DNA of 34,001 nt from Octopus bimaculoides (taxonomy: Eukaryota). The notes beneath the pieces were generated by a model that was not told the origin of the DNA, did no database searches, and saw only the letters and a list, made by a program, of their open reading frames with translations. The translations under genes were made by a program, and so were the position numbers. Of this stretch, positions 11,021-23,432 are shown in pieces (the stretch's first letter is position 1; each line of letters begins with the position of its first letter). Location: contig NC_068994.1 in the NCBI RefSeq assembly GCF_001194135.2, positions 48,866,919-48,900,919 on the forward strand, read 5' to 3'.

Positions 11021-12689
11021 CTTGCAGAAGCCTTTTCATTGGGCATAGTTGTTGTTCTTAGGGCAGGCCTAATTAGAAATAGTTTTAGTTTGTGCTAGTG
11101 TTGTTGTAGTGTTGTTGTAGTAGTGGTGGTGGTGGTGGCTGCTGTAATGATGTTGAGGTGTGGTTATTGGTGGTATGGTTGCAGTTAATTGCAGTGGTGG
11201 TTGGATAGGAGGTGATGGTCGATGGCAATTTCTCTTCTTTCTACTTCCCCTTTCTCTCTCTCTCTCTTTTTCTCTTCTTTTCTCCATCTCCTTCTTGTGC
11301 AGTAATGGTTGCAGTTGCTACAGCAGCAGCAGCAGTTCAGGTGTTGCAATTGTGCTGAAGATGAAGTTGGTGGTGGCATTTGAAAGCCAGCTTTCTTCAA
11401 TTACCCATGTCTCCTTCCATCTTCTTTCTTCAGTTTTGTTAAGTTTTTTTAAAATTTCTTTTTTAAAATAACAAATAGAATGGAAGTGGAGGTGGNNNNN
11501 NNNNNNNNNNNNNNNNNNNNNNNNNNNNNNNNNNNNNNNNNNNNNNNNNNNNNNNNNNNNNNNNNNNNNNNNNNNNNNNNNNNNNNNNNNNNNNNNNNNN
11601 NNNNNNNNNNNNNNNNNNNNNNNNNNNNNNNNNNNNNNNNNNNNNNNNNNNNNNNNNNNNNNNNNNNNNNNNNNNNNNNNNNNNNNNNNNNNNNNNNNNN
11701 NNNNNNNNNNNNNNNNNNNNNNNNNNNNNNNNNNNNNNNNNNNNNNNNNNNNNNNNNNNNNNNNNNNAACAGTATTTTCTAGTGGTTTTTAATTAACTAT
11801 CTGGACCCCCCCTCTCTCACTCTCTGCCCTTCCTCTTCCATATCAGAGAGATGGTTGAGAAGGAAGCGGCGAGGGGGAGGGGGTAGGAATTAGGTTGTTG
11901 TCTTACCTCTCAGCCATTTCTCTCTCTCTCTCTCATTGTTTGTTTGGCTCACCCTCTCCTCTTGTCTTCCTTTGTCTGACTTCCTGAGTCTCTTCTGGTT
12001 CTGCCTGTCTTCTCTCTCTCTCTCTCTCTCCCCGGCTCACACTTTGTAATTGTCTGACTTTTTGCTTTCTGTCTTTTATCTTCTATTACATATGTTCTGT
12101 CATTTCTTTCTTCTCGTCTCTATTCAGATTTTCTTTCTCCTTATATCTTGTTAGGTATGACTTTCTGCATGTGTCATCTGCATATGTACATGTATTATGT
12201 ATGCTGTGAATGAGCATACATAATTTCCTTTCTCTCTCATTCTCTAGTATCTGTTCTATACCCTCTACCTTTACATGGTTTGTTCTCCCTGCTAAAATTA
12301 CTTCTGTTACCTATCTGAAAAACAGCTGAGACAAATCTTACCCTGGAAAGGTAGCTAGTCTTTTGAAAGTGACTCCTACCACCCCCTCCTTCCTTATATG
12401 TATAGAAACTAAAATGTTTTACACAGAAAACCACAACAGAAAAACAAGAGCCATTGAAGGCATCTTGACTATCTAGATATAGCAAACAAATCTTTCTTAA
12501 ATCACATCTTACTGTCTTCATGGAGCGGCAGGGATACATTAGTTAATGTAATCCAGGTTAATGATTCCTGGAAAAAAAAAAAAAAAAAAAAGAAAAGTTG
12601 TGTGTTAATCTCAAATCTCTTCAGTCAGAATTTACTTTTTGCTAAGCCATAACAAAAGCAGAAAGACCTACAGAGGATATGAATTGATA

Positions 12690-12900
12690 ATGCATCAAGT
12701 CACGTGTTGCGACATCACTGGTGCCAAGCTGTATTGGCCCCTTTGCCTTTCCCTTGGACAGTATTGGTGGCTTGGAAATGGGTGACTGGTATGCATGAGT
12801 GACTGCTTGTCTTCCACAAACAATCGTACCTGAACTTGTGCCTCAGAGGGGAACTTTCTAGGTGCAACCCCATGGTCATTCATGACTGAAGGGGATCTTC
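12690..12900 (+). mobile_element. Probable interspersed repeat (retroelement 3' end-like)
   Basis: GAACTTTCTAGGTGCAACCCCATGGTCATTCATGACTGAAGGGG resembles a recurrent octopus repeat from memory only; single copy in this window. Confidence 0.35.
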
Positions 12901-14809
12901 ACTTCACTCTCTTATGTATCCCTTACATCCTTCCTTTATCAATGTACCGTCCTTCTATCACCTCCCTCTTTTATCACACTGCCTGTGCAATGAGGGATGG
13001 CATCACACCGAATCTGTCTATATTCAACTCGCCTCTTACCATTGCCCCTTCTTTATTACTGTGGTGGTGAAGGTGGGAGAGTTCAACCTCTCTTTCTCAT
13101 TCCCATTACTTCTTCTCCTGTAATTCATTATTGACATCCAGTACTCCCACTCTCTTACCAGTAACCACCTTCATTGCTTACCCACCACTCTTTCACTATT
13201 GACACCCACCACACACACACACACACACTCTCTCTCTCTCTCTCTCTCTCATCATTTCTCACTTTGTACTCCCTCTTCTTTCACCCTATCTCCCCCTCCT
13301 ATTACTTTTCCTCTCCTCACCAGGTCAGTCATGCTGTTTCTGTTCGATCTAACAATCATCATGTTGCTATTTACCACTCTCCTCTCCTCTTTGTCACACT
13401 CTGGTTCTGCCAAGGACCTGACAAACCCCCTAGTGCCTTCGCCAAAATAAAAATGCACCAGTACATATATTGTAATGGTGTTTAGCGATAGGAAAATCAA
13501 CCAACCATAAAGGAAGGGAGCAGAAAAAGAAAGAAAAAAAACCAAACAAACTATAAAGGGAATGTCTCAGCAAGACATGGTCCTCAAGCTGTCTAAGTGA
13601 ATAAGAATTGGCTCATTCCATGATTACCTGTCCAACCTTCGTCAGCGTGGAAAAGTAGGCATATGATGTTGATAATTCACATTTACAACCCCACCACATA
13701 TACACAGTAAAATGCATTTGTAGATGTACATGACAGACACATGCAATACTTTTTTTTCACTCTCTCTGGCTCTCCTCTTTCTCTCCCTCTCATTCACATG
13801 GTATCAATATGAAATTACATGCCTTAATTACAAACAACAGGAACTATTTAGGATTCGTAAGCCAGACAGCCAAAAAGCCCATGGGTGTGGGGACATTACA
13901 CGAACCCAATATTCTCACTGCCAAAACAAAATCAGTTCTGTAGTAAAATGCAGTGTGCACCAGCTAGCACCAAAAACTGTGGTATTTCAAATGAATGCAG
14001 TGTTGAAAACAAAACAACCTGTCTGTCTGTCTGGTCATTGCACCACCAACTGTTTAGAATGCTCACCACTCACTTCACCTGCCTCCATCTCTTCTTTTTC
14101 TTCCTCCTCAATGTTAGTAAATCATTTGCTGCATGTTAATTCCACCTGCTCTGTCTGCTCTCTATATCTTGTGTTTCTGTCTATCTTTCTCGTCCAGTAC
14201 CTGTTTGACAGCCTTTCTCTCCTCCTCTCTTTATTTCTCTAACTCTCTTTTGAATAAAGATATGTATTTAGCGTGGCCAACTCAGACAGGTGACTGAGAT
14301 TAGTCTACCTCTGGTCTCGCCATTTTACACTTACATAACACATGCTTACATAAACAGCAGCTCATTTCAAAATCTTGTGAATGTCATAGTCCCTTCCCAA
14401 TTGTATAAAAAAAACAAACAAAACTAAACAAAAAACAAGACAAAACAAACAAACAAACAAAATTTCATACTTCATCCATGCATGTAGAGAGGTCTATGTT
14501 ATTTATAAAATAAAATTAAAACGCATACACACACACAAAATAACAGCCACGTAACACAAACCTGTTATATTTCAGTCTATAATAAGAAAAAATAATATAA
14601 TTTTAACATTGGTGACCAATTATTAAGGCAAACCAGATGACAGAATATCCGGTGCTACAAAGGTCACCAACACACAGGACATTGATTGAGAAGAATAGCC
14701 AAGAATAAATTATTTTACTGGTTTTGAATCATTGGCCTACATCCAAGTTGGGGTACTGCCTTCTTAGGTTTTCTAATGCACTTTGTGTTGTGCATAGTTC
14801 TTCCGTTGT

Positions 14810-15163
14810 CTTTTACTTGTTTCAGTCATTGGATTGTTCCCATACAGGGGCACTATCTTGAAGGGTTTTCAATCAAACAAATTGACCCTGGTACCTTTTT
14901 TTTCAAATCTGGTACTTATTCTCTTGGCCTCTTTTGCTAAGCTATGGGAACACAAACAGACCAACACCATTTGTCAAGTGGTGGGTGCAGAGGGAGACAC
15001 ATACACAAACACACAGGCTTCTCCATAGTGCATAGCTTGTCCACCAAATTTCACTTACAAGGCATTTTTCTGTCTATGGTTATGATGGAGATGTTTCTCT
15101 AACTTGCTGAGCATTAAGGATTGAACCCAGAACCACATGGTTGTAAAATAAACTTCTTAACCA
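14810..15163 (-). mobile_element. Family A SINE, old and diverged
   Basis: Tail CTTTTACTTGTTTCAGTCATTGG, body CTGGTACTTATTCT and head TTGAACCCAGAACCACATGG. Confidence 0.8.
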
Positions 15164-15383
15164 CCCTGTATTTGTACATTTTAATTTATACATGTGAACA
15201 TTTTTGTTGTTAGAATATTTACATCAAAAATAATCTTTCCTCAAGTAGTCAGAGAAACAGTATTAAAATGTGTTACTGATGCTGAATATTCAATTTTCTC
15301 TAGTTTTACTTTCTTATTTAATCATTTGCTGTCTATTTTCTCCCACATGCAATGCTCTTTCTCAAAGCACATCCAATTCTGTG

Positions 15384-15423
<40 letters not shown>

Positions 15424-16368
15424 CTATTATGTGTGTAACAGACACACACTTATAAAGAGATCCTATCTCCCACTGTAAAAGCTCAACTTCAGTNNNNNNN
15501 NNNNNNNNNNNNNNNNNNNNNNNNNNNNNNNNNNNNNNNNNNNNNNNNNNNNNNNNNNNNNNNNNNNNNNNNNNNNNNNNNNNNNNNNNNNNNNNNNNNN
15601 NNNNNNNNNNNNNNNNNNNNNNNNNNNNNNNNNNNNNNNNNNNNNNNNNNNNNNNNNNNNNNNNNNNNNNNNNNNNNNNNNNNNNNNNNNNNNNNNNNNN
15701 NNNNNNNNNNNNNNNNNNNNNNNNNNNNNNNNNNNNNNNNNNNNNNNNNNNNNNNNNNNNNNNNNNNNNNNNNNNNNNNNNNNNNNNNNNNNNNNNNNNN
15801 NNNNNNNNNNNNNNNNNNNNNNNNNNNNNNNNNNNNNNNNNNNNNNNNNNNNNNNNNNNNNNNNNNNNNNNNNNNNNNNNNNNNNNNNNNNNNNNNNNNN
15901 NNNNNNNNNNNNNNNNNNNNNNNNNNNNNNNNNNNNNNNNNNNNNNNNNNNNNNNNNNNNNNNNNNNNNNNNNNNNNNNNNNNNNNNNNNNNNNNNNNNN
16001 NNNNNNNNNNNNNNNNNNNNNNNNNNNNNNNNNNNNNNNNNNNNNNNNNNNNNNNNNNNNNNNNNNNNNNNNNNNNNNNNNNNNNNNNNNNNNNNNNNNN
16101 NNNNNNNNNNNNNNNNNNNNNNNNNNNNNNNNNNNNNNNNNNNNNNNNNNNNNNNNNNNNNNTTTTTTTTTTTTTTTTTTTGGAACAGTTTATTTTTACA
16201 ACCAGTTGTCCACTAAGTAGGAAAAAAATGGGCTTTGTTAACGTTTGTCTTCATCTGGAGTGATCTATAACCTGGTACTTGTCTGTGGTTCCATGGTTGG
16301 GGACATTCGGTCTAATGCATGAATGAACATGCACACAGTCAGAATTGTTGAACTTATTGGCCAGTTGT

Positions 16369-16475
16369 TCAGTAGCTTATTAACTCAAGATCATCTGTAG
16401 CTCTCCCAGGTGTGTGTGCATGTCTATAAAAATATGGCATTTGAAGATGCCCAGGTGGTAAGCAGACTGATTGAA
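16369..16475 (-). CDS. Candidate last coding exon of an unidentified gene: (V)QSVCLPPGHLQMPYFYRHAHTPGRATDDLELISY*
   Basis: Long poly-T tract plus ACCTACAG acceptor; frame stays open across the splice from exon 16565-16642; AATAAA at 16189-16194 (minus) precedes an A-run. No homology recognised. Confidence 0.4.
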
Positions 16476-16564
16476 CTGTAGGTGTTGATACAAAAAAAAA
16501 AAAAAAAAAAAGGAAAAAAAAATTCAAATGATGAAGCTTTTCTAGTTGGATCAATACAACTAAC

Positions 16565-16642
16565 CATTGCTCTGGCTGATCTTTCGTGTTGGAAATACAG
16601 ACATGTAATTACGAAATTGACTTGAATTGTTGCCAAAATGAC
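16565..16642 (-). CDS. Candidate 78-nt internal exon: xHFGNNSSQFRNYMSVFPTRKISQSN (phase 1-1 reading)
   Basis: CTGAC...ATTATTAG acceptor and ATG|GTTAGT donor; 89-nt GT-AG intron at 16476-16564; length is a multiple of 3. A phase-0 reading is also open. Confidence 0.4.
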
Positions 16643-16890
16643 CTAATAATTGTGTCAGTGTATGGGCAAAGGATGGGTGGAGGGGGCTAGCAGAGGAGTT
16701 TGTGTGAACGAGTGGTGAAGGCAGTGAGGAAAATGGAACAGAATATGTAAGGGGGAAAAAAAAAGAAAGAGAATAAGAGCTCTGCTCTCTCTCTCTCTCT
16801 CACTCACACACATATCATTTCTATCACTCAGAAAAGGACAGGCAATAACCACGACCCATTTCGGGGCTTCAGAAACTGGTGGGAAAAACA

Positions 16891-16923
<33 letters not shown>

Positions 16924-16928
16924 ATAAT

Positions 16929-17305
16929 AGTGGCTATATGGTAAGAAGTTTGCTTCCTCACCACATGGTTCCAGGTTCAGTCCCACTGTGTGCACTTTCG
17001 GCAAGTGTCTTCCACTATAGTCTCAGGCCAACCAAAGCCTTGTGAGTGGATCTGGTAGATGGAAACTGAAAGAAGATCATTATGTGTGTGTGTGTATCTC
17101 TGTGTCTGTGTTTGTCCTCCCACACTACTTAGCAGCCGGTGTTGGTGTGTTTATGTCCCTGTAACTTAGCGTTTTGGCAAAAGAGACTGATAGAATAAGA
17201 GCCAGGATTCAAAAATAATTCCTGGAATTGATTCGTTTGGCTAAAATTCTTCAGGGCAGTGCCCCAGCATGGCGGCAGTCAAATGGCTGAAACGGATAAA
17301 AGATA
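16929..17305 (+). mobile_element. Family A SINE, full length, moderately diverged
   Basis: Head, CORE-like segment, internal (TG)n and tail match the other copies. Confidence 0.9.
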
Positions 17306-17552
17306 AATGATCAGGTTCAGAGGAGTGCCTGAGAATCTGAGTGTTTTAAATGTGATTGAATAAGAGGATACGTGTAATACATCTTATGAGAGGGGAAAGA
17401 AGAACGAGAGGGAGTTAGGATGCTTGTGCCCAGTTGATAAGAGGATATGTGCATCAGTGTGTTTGTGTGTGTGTGTGTGTAAGTGACAAGAGTTTTAGAA
17501 ATGAAAGAGAGGATATTTGAGAGAGGCAGAAAATGAGTGAAGCAGTGAGAAT

Positions 17553-17596
<44 letters not shown>

Positions 17597-18599
17597 AGGG
17601 GGTGGTGGTGATAATGATAATGATGATTTTTGTGTGACTGAGCAAGGAGTGGAGAAAAGTTTGTTCAAACTGCTATCCTATCCCCTCAAGTACAGTAACT
17701 GCACTAATCACTGGCACAATTAGTACTATGTACCATCACTTTGGCTACAATAATTATCAGCTCTCTCTCCCCCCCACCTCACCATCTCGCGTATCTTCTT
17801 AACAGCCAGCACCTCTACTACTATTACGACTATTAGGTTACTCAATCTGGTTTCTCCCTTACCAGCAATGTGCTTGCCTTGTGAGTGAGTGACAGGCAGC
17901 AGTGTTGTAAATACTCAAATGCTACCCCCCCCCCCCACATGAATGATTCACTCAAATTCTTGGATTCCAGTTTGAGTAAGGATCCACTTCACTGACTGAG
18001 TTGGGATGGGGTCGGGTGGACGGGGTGAACCCCCCCCCCCTCCATCTCCACCACTACTACTGTTATATATCCCCTTTTTTTCTCTCTGATGTAAAAAAAA
18101 AAAAATGCAGAAAATGTCTTTGGAGAAATCCAAACATACTGTTATTGACACCACGACAATCATATCATTGTATATTATCGTTGTCATCATCATCATCATC
18201 ATCATCATCCCCAACCACCAACACAACCGCTGGCAGCTGTACCATCCTTTCCACTAACATTGACAGAACTAGCAACCCACACAACAACTGCCATCAAGCT
18301 TATTGCATTTACAACCAACATTGACGACTCCAGCACTGTCGACAGAAGTCCCATTTTTAGTACCAACACTTACCGTTCTCTGTAGTACCATTGAGAATAG
18401 TACAATCATAGCATTGGGAGTTGTACCAGTTACACCGTCACTGTCATTCAGGTACCATTATGTGTACAGACACCCACCGTACACAAGTCGTACAATCATA
18501 CCATTGATATCAATACAATAATACCATTCACTGTACCTTTACCCGTTACTACTGCCATTAGTAGTACCAAGAGTGGGTGGTATGTCAGAAGGATGAATC

Positions 18600-18812
18600 A
18601 TGAGATGTATTAGAGAAAACGCCTTGCATTATTATTTCTTTTTTTTTTTCCAGCTCTTTAGGTTCTGAGTTCGATTCCTGCCAAGGTTAATTTTACCTTT
18701 CATTTCTCTGAGGCCAAGAAAATAAAGTATCTTGTCAAGTATTTAGTCAATAGTATTGACTGACACCCTTCTTTTATAAATGTTGGCCTTGTGTCTCTAA
18801 ATTAGAAATTAT
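18600..18812 (+). mobile_element. Family B SINE, degraded
   Basis: GTTCTGAGTTCGATTCCTGCCAAGGTTAATTTTACCTTTCAT and tail GGCCTTGTG...AAATTAGAAA. Confidence 0.6.
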
Positions 18813-19763
18813 TAACAACACCAGCACTACCATCCATAGCAGTAACAATGATACCATTCATGGTGGTACAGTCATACCATTCAGGACATGACATGTACTG
18901 TTCGAAACAGTAAAACAGTACAATGATACAATTCACAAGATTACAATCATAACTACCGTCCCACTTCTTTTATTAGTACCAACACTACTACCGACAGTAA
19001 ATAACAATGACGTTTATATCAAGCAAAAGCATGTGGCTTTATTGACCATGCAACCTGTTGGCAGCTGTGTAAGCTGAGCCGAGGGCAATTTAAATTGCGC
19101 TTTATGGCAGGAGTGTTTAGAGATGGAGAAAGTAGTACAGCACAATGGTTTGAAAAAGGCCTAAACTCATGACATCCATGTAACTTATTATTGTTGTCAG
19201 CTAATTAGGGGGACATGATGCCAATATGACAGGCTGGTGCCCAGATAATATTTCATTCTCCCTTCCCTATATTCTCTCTGTTTTTTTTTTTGTCACTTTT
19301 CTTTCTACTTCCTGTTGTTTCTTACTGTTTTCATCCCCCCCCCACTCTCTCTCTCTCTGTCTCTCATATACATTTATCAGTGGGAAATCTGTAAGGAAAA
19401 CCTGTTTCTATTTGTGGAGGTTCAGCTGAAGTAAATTCTATAGTGTTCAGGCTCTTGCACTCGTGGTCGCGGCTCTTGAGCGAAATACGTCATTTGACAT
19501 TGTTCTAGTCCACTCATCTGTAAATTGGTAACCCTACCCCCAGGAGGATGATGACCTGTAGGGTAGCATCATTTGAAAGCTAAAACAATGTGAAGTGTAT
19601 TCTGACCAGTGGTGTGAAACAACATCAGATACTGACACGCGCACGCACACATACACACTCACACACATGTATAATATAAAAGGATTGTTAAAAATGTTAT
19701 TAGTTACTGGCTATATAATGATAGACCTATTAATGTGTGTATGGGGTGTGTGTGCATTTTTAA

Positions 19764-20143
19764 GGTGCAGGCATGGCTGTGTGGTAAGAAGCTTGCTTAC
19801 GAACCGCATGGTTCCGGGTTCAGTCCCACTGCGTGGCACCTTGGGCAAATGTCTTCTACTATAGCCGCCAGCCGACCAAAGCCTTGTGAGTGGATTTAGT
19901 AGACAGAAACTGAAAGAAGCCCGTGTGTGTATATGTTTGTGTGTCTGTTTGTCCCCCAAACATCGCTTGATAACCGATGCTAGTGTGTTTACCTCCCCGT
20001 AACTTAGCGGTTCGGCAAAACAGACACATAGAATAAATACTAGGCTTACAAAGAATAAGTCCTGGGGTCGATTCAATTGACTAAAAAGCCTTCGAGGCAG
20101 TGTCCTAGTATGGCTGCAGTCGAATGACTGAAACAAGTAACAG
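19764..20143 (+). mobile_element. Family A SINE, full length, low divergence
   Basis: All modules present; B-box-like GGGTTCAGTCCC. Confidence 0.9.
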
Positions 20144-20294
20144 ATAGAAGACACAGCTTAACTTACCAAGTACTGACATTGTTTAATTTAGAGCAAATCA
20201 ATTTATTTTATATAGCATTTTGTGAATAATAGTGCCACTAGCTACAGGTTTCCGAAGGGACAATCATTTGTTTCTGACATTTATGAAGGAGGAA

Positions 20295-20435
20295 ATGGCA
20301 AAGGAAGGGCATCCAGCTGCAGAAACCCTGCCACAGTAGACTATTGCAGTCTGGACAGCTCCCCGGCTGACCAGTTCCTGTCAAACCATCCCACCCATGC
20401 CAGCATGGGAAACAAATGTTAAATGATGCTGCTGC
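20295..20435 (+). mobile_element. Retroposon 3' fragment with RTE-type tail
   Basis: ACCCATGCCAGCATGGGAAACAAATGTTAAATGATG resembles the LINE terminus at 6884-6920 (minus strand). Confidence 0.55.
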
Positions 20436-20482
20436 TGATATGTGTGTGCACATATAATTTTGTGTGATATATATATATATAT

Positions 20483-20515
<33 letters not shown>

Positions 20516-20660
20516 TGCAATTATTTGTGTGTGTGTAGAGAGAGAGAGAGTGAGAGAAAAGAGAGAATAAATGAATGAATTCACTTATCTTCACTCCCTC
20601 TTCATTACACCTACATGCATACATTTTTGTATCTCTTCTCTCTCTGTTCNNNNNNNNNNN

Positions 20661-20697
<37 letters not shown>

Positions 20698-21254
20698 TCT
20701 TTTTCATTCACTTTCTAAGCACCTTCCCTCTGTTTTCTCAAGTCTCTCCATCTCTTCGCCACTTATCTTTGTTCTTCCCAGCACTGCCGCTGCCACTCTG
20801 CGTGTCTGTCACCAGACACAGCTCTCTATGTCACAGAAGGAGAGATCCAAGGTCACTGCTGACAGAAATACTTCATATTAACCTATATGACATTGTCACA
20901 CTGTGCGTGTGTGTGTGCGTGCGTGCGTGCGTGCGTGTGTGTGTGTGTGTGTGTGTTTTGTGTAATGTATGTATATGATGTAATGCATGTGTAATATATG
21001 TATGTAGTAAATAGGTGACTAATGTCTGTAATGTATATGATGGAATGTCTAATGCGTATAATGTAATGTTTGTGTATAAGAAATGTGATGTGTGTGCGTG
21101 AGAGGTATTTGTTGAATATGTGCGTGTAGTTGAGATATGTAATAAATTTCATTAATCTGTGTGTGTGTGTGTGTGTGTGAAAGAGAGCTTGTGTAGTGTG
21201 TCTGTATAATGTTATGAATGTGTGTGACGTGATGAGTCTGTGAAATGTATGTTA

Positions 21255-21450
21255 TGTTGTTGTTTAAGTCCTGATTGACCCTGACTGAACAGACCAGTTA
21301 TCACAGGCATTCTGGCCATGGCCACCTCCAATCACATTCTTGGGTATTGTGAACTAGGATTGCTTTATCTGTTTTCTCTTTTTCAAACACAACACGGTGT
21401 GATTTTTACGGGAGATTTGGCTGCTATTTCTAGCAAGTTCAACGATTGTA
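21255..21450. repeat. Unclassified interspersed repeat; related diverged copy at about 32554-32735
   Basis: Both start GTTGTTGTT..TTTAA and share GTGTGA....GAGA(T/A)ATTTGG.TG.TATTT near their ends. Confidence 0.45.
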
Positions 21451-21484
21451 TAGTCTCTTTTATTGTGTGTACAATATGAGTGTT

Positions 21485-21487
<3 letters not shown>

Positions 21488-21568
<81 letters not shown>
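21488..21568. repeat. (CA)n microsatellite of about 40 units; others at 4836-4870, 6720-6811, 22334-22417, 31495-31545, 31968-32010 and 33925-33970
   Basis: Direct reading. Confidence 0.95.
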
Positions 21569-21571
<3 letters not shown>

Positions 21572-22339
21572 CTATATCTAAGTCAGCATTGCTGTTCACT
21601 TGACACTTGATAAATGGCAAGGTGGATGAAGATTCATGGAAGGTAGGGACGATGGATGGTGGGAGTGACCTCGATCTGGTAATTACAGTAGTCATAGTGA
21701 CGTTGGGGGCAATAGTTACGTTGTTGGTAATCGAGGTAGTTGAGGTAGTCGTGGTTATGCTGGTTCAGGTGTTAATTGTAATTGGGTAATTAAAGTGGTG
21801 GTGGATGCTGTGTTGAGTTAGTTGTGATTGAGATAGTTTTGAGGGCACTGGTTAAGGTGATGGTGGTGCTGGCTGCTTAAGGTGGTACTGGTGGATGTAG
21901 TTATGGTGTTGGTGGTTGAGATAATTGTGGTGATGGTGTTACAGGTCGAGGTAGCTGTAATGGTACTGGGTGGGATAGTTGCCATTGCTAGTCTATCATC
22001 ATCTGAAGCAGCTTTCACTAGTCTTACTCTAATTTTTCCTCTGGCATCTTCATTAACATTGTCACTATTGCTGCTTGTATTGGCAAAGTAATTAATGTAG
22101 CCTGAAATAGTGATGATGGCTATGATGATGATCATATTACCTTGATGTGTTAATGTAAATAAAAGGCACACGCACACACACGCACGCACAACATAACATA
22201 AGGTAAACAGGGTTACAATTTTTGGACATCAGATTTCATTCAGTGAACATTAAAAACTCACACGCATATGTAGTTTTGTTTTATTGTATATGTAAGGTCT
22301 AATGTATGTATGTGATAACCAGAATTATATGTACACACA

Positions 22340-22417
<78 letters not shown>

Positions 22418-22551
22418 NNNNNNNNNNNNNNNNNNNNNNNNNNNNNNNNNNNNNNNNNNNNNNNNNNNNNNNNNNNNNNNNNNNNNNNNNNNNNNNNNNN
22501 NNNNNNNNNNNNNNNNNNNNNNNNNNNNNNNNNNNNNNNNNNNNNNNNNNN

Positions 22552-22583
<32 letters not shown>

Positions 22584-22706
22584 CTCTCTAAATATTGTAG
22601 TGTGGTGTAGTGATATAAAAGTGTGGCACAGCAAGCAGTATAATGTATTCAAAATAGGAGTCTAGTCTAGCTTTAGTGTTTAGAATCACACAGTATGGTA
22701 AAGCAT

Positions 22707-22828
22707 ATCCCCGAAAGGATGAAAGGCAAAGTCGGCCTCAGCGGAATTTGAACCCAGAACGTAACGGCAGACAAAATACCGCTAAGCATTTCGCCCGGCG
22801 TGCTAACGATTCCACCAGCTCGTCGCCT
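22707..22828 (-). mobile_element. Family B SINE, 5' head plus part of the central domain, low divergence
   Basis: Reverse complement GGCGACGAGCTGG...GGGTTCAAATTCCGCTGAGGCCGACTTTGCCTTTCATCCTTTCGGGG; the 3' part is absent. Confidence 0.85.
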
Positions 22829-23432
22829 TACATTACCAATTTCTGGCTGGGATGTTCTCTGGCAAATAGTGTAATACTGTTTGTTTGTTAACTATTGTTG
22901 TGCTATTTACTATTTATGGTGGTAACTGTTGTGATAACGGTGAAACTTTTTGTCTCAAGCCAGTGTAAGGAAACTTTTGACTGTATTGTTACAAGTTATT
23001 GCACGCATACACCCACACCTATCCACACACTATGAAACCTCAGAACCTACTAATAAAATATACAGAATTTAGAAATGAAAAAAAAAAAAAAAGGCAACAA
23101 CAAAAAAAGTCACCGACTTTTGATTGATTTTAATGTTTTACTTTGTTTCATTGTATTGAATAAAACATTTTTTCCCTTTTACTTCGTGTAAATGCCATTA
23201 TAGAAATTGTATACAAGTTGTGTATTGTTGTCTGCTAAGTGAATTAAAATATTTACTTGATTACTTGAATCATCGTTTATAGTATTTAAATGAAATGTGA
23301 CATTTTCTTCTGTGACTTCATTTCTGTTTACAAATATGCACACTGCTTTATGTATTGAGTACTTCTTGTCCAGTTTGTAAACATGAGCTCTCGTCAATTC
23401 ACATGCATACACACTCATGTTACTTTTTTTTT

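Noticed and set aside
13724-14242. 172-aa plus-strand ORF
   Set aside because: No recognisable domain, and both ends are in CT-rich low-complexity sequence; compatible with chance.
14609-14670. 9-bp inverted repeat TTGGTGACC/GGTCACCAA as a miRNA or MITE
   Set aside because: The intervening sequence does not pair and there is no TSD.
16410-16457. Alternative plus-strand 48-nt exon (VCVHVYKNMAFEDAQV) with CCCAG / GTAAGC sites
   Set aside because: Overlaps the better-supported minus-strand two-exon model and has no partner exon; not formally excluded.
20760-20881. Exon-like GC-richer patch (TAAATLRVCHQTQ... on +, ELCLVTDTQSGSG... on -)
   Set aside because: Both strands give short stop-terminated peptides with no homology and no good donor.
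21483-22189. Thr/Ser-rich mucin-like ORFs (also 9281-9622), including GYINYFANTSS... after a TTTCAG acceptor
   Set aside because: Embedded in degenerate trinucleotide tracts with in-frame stops between segments; no consistent exon chain.
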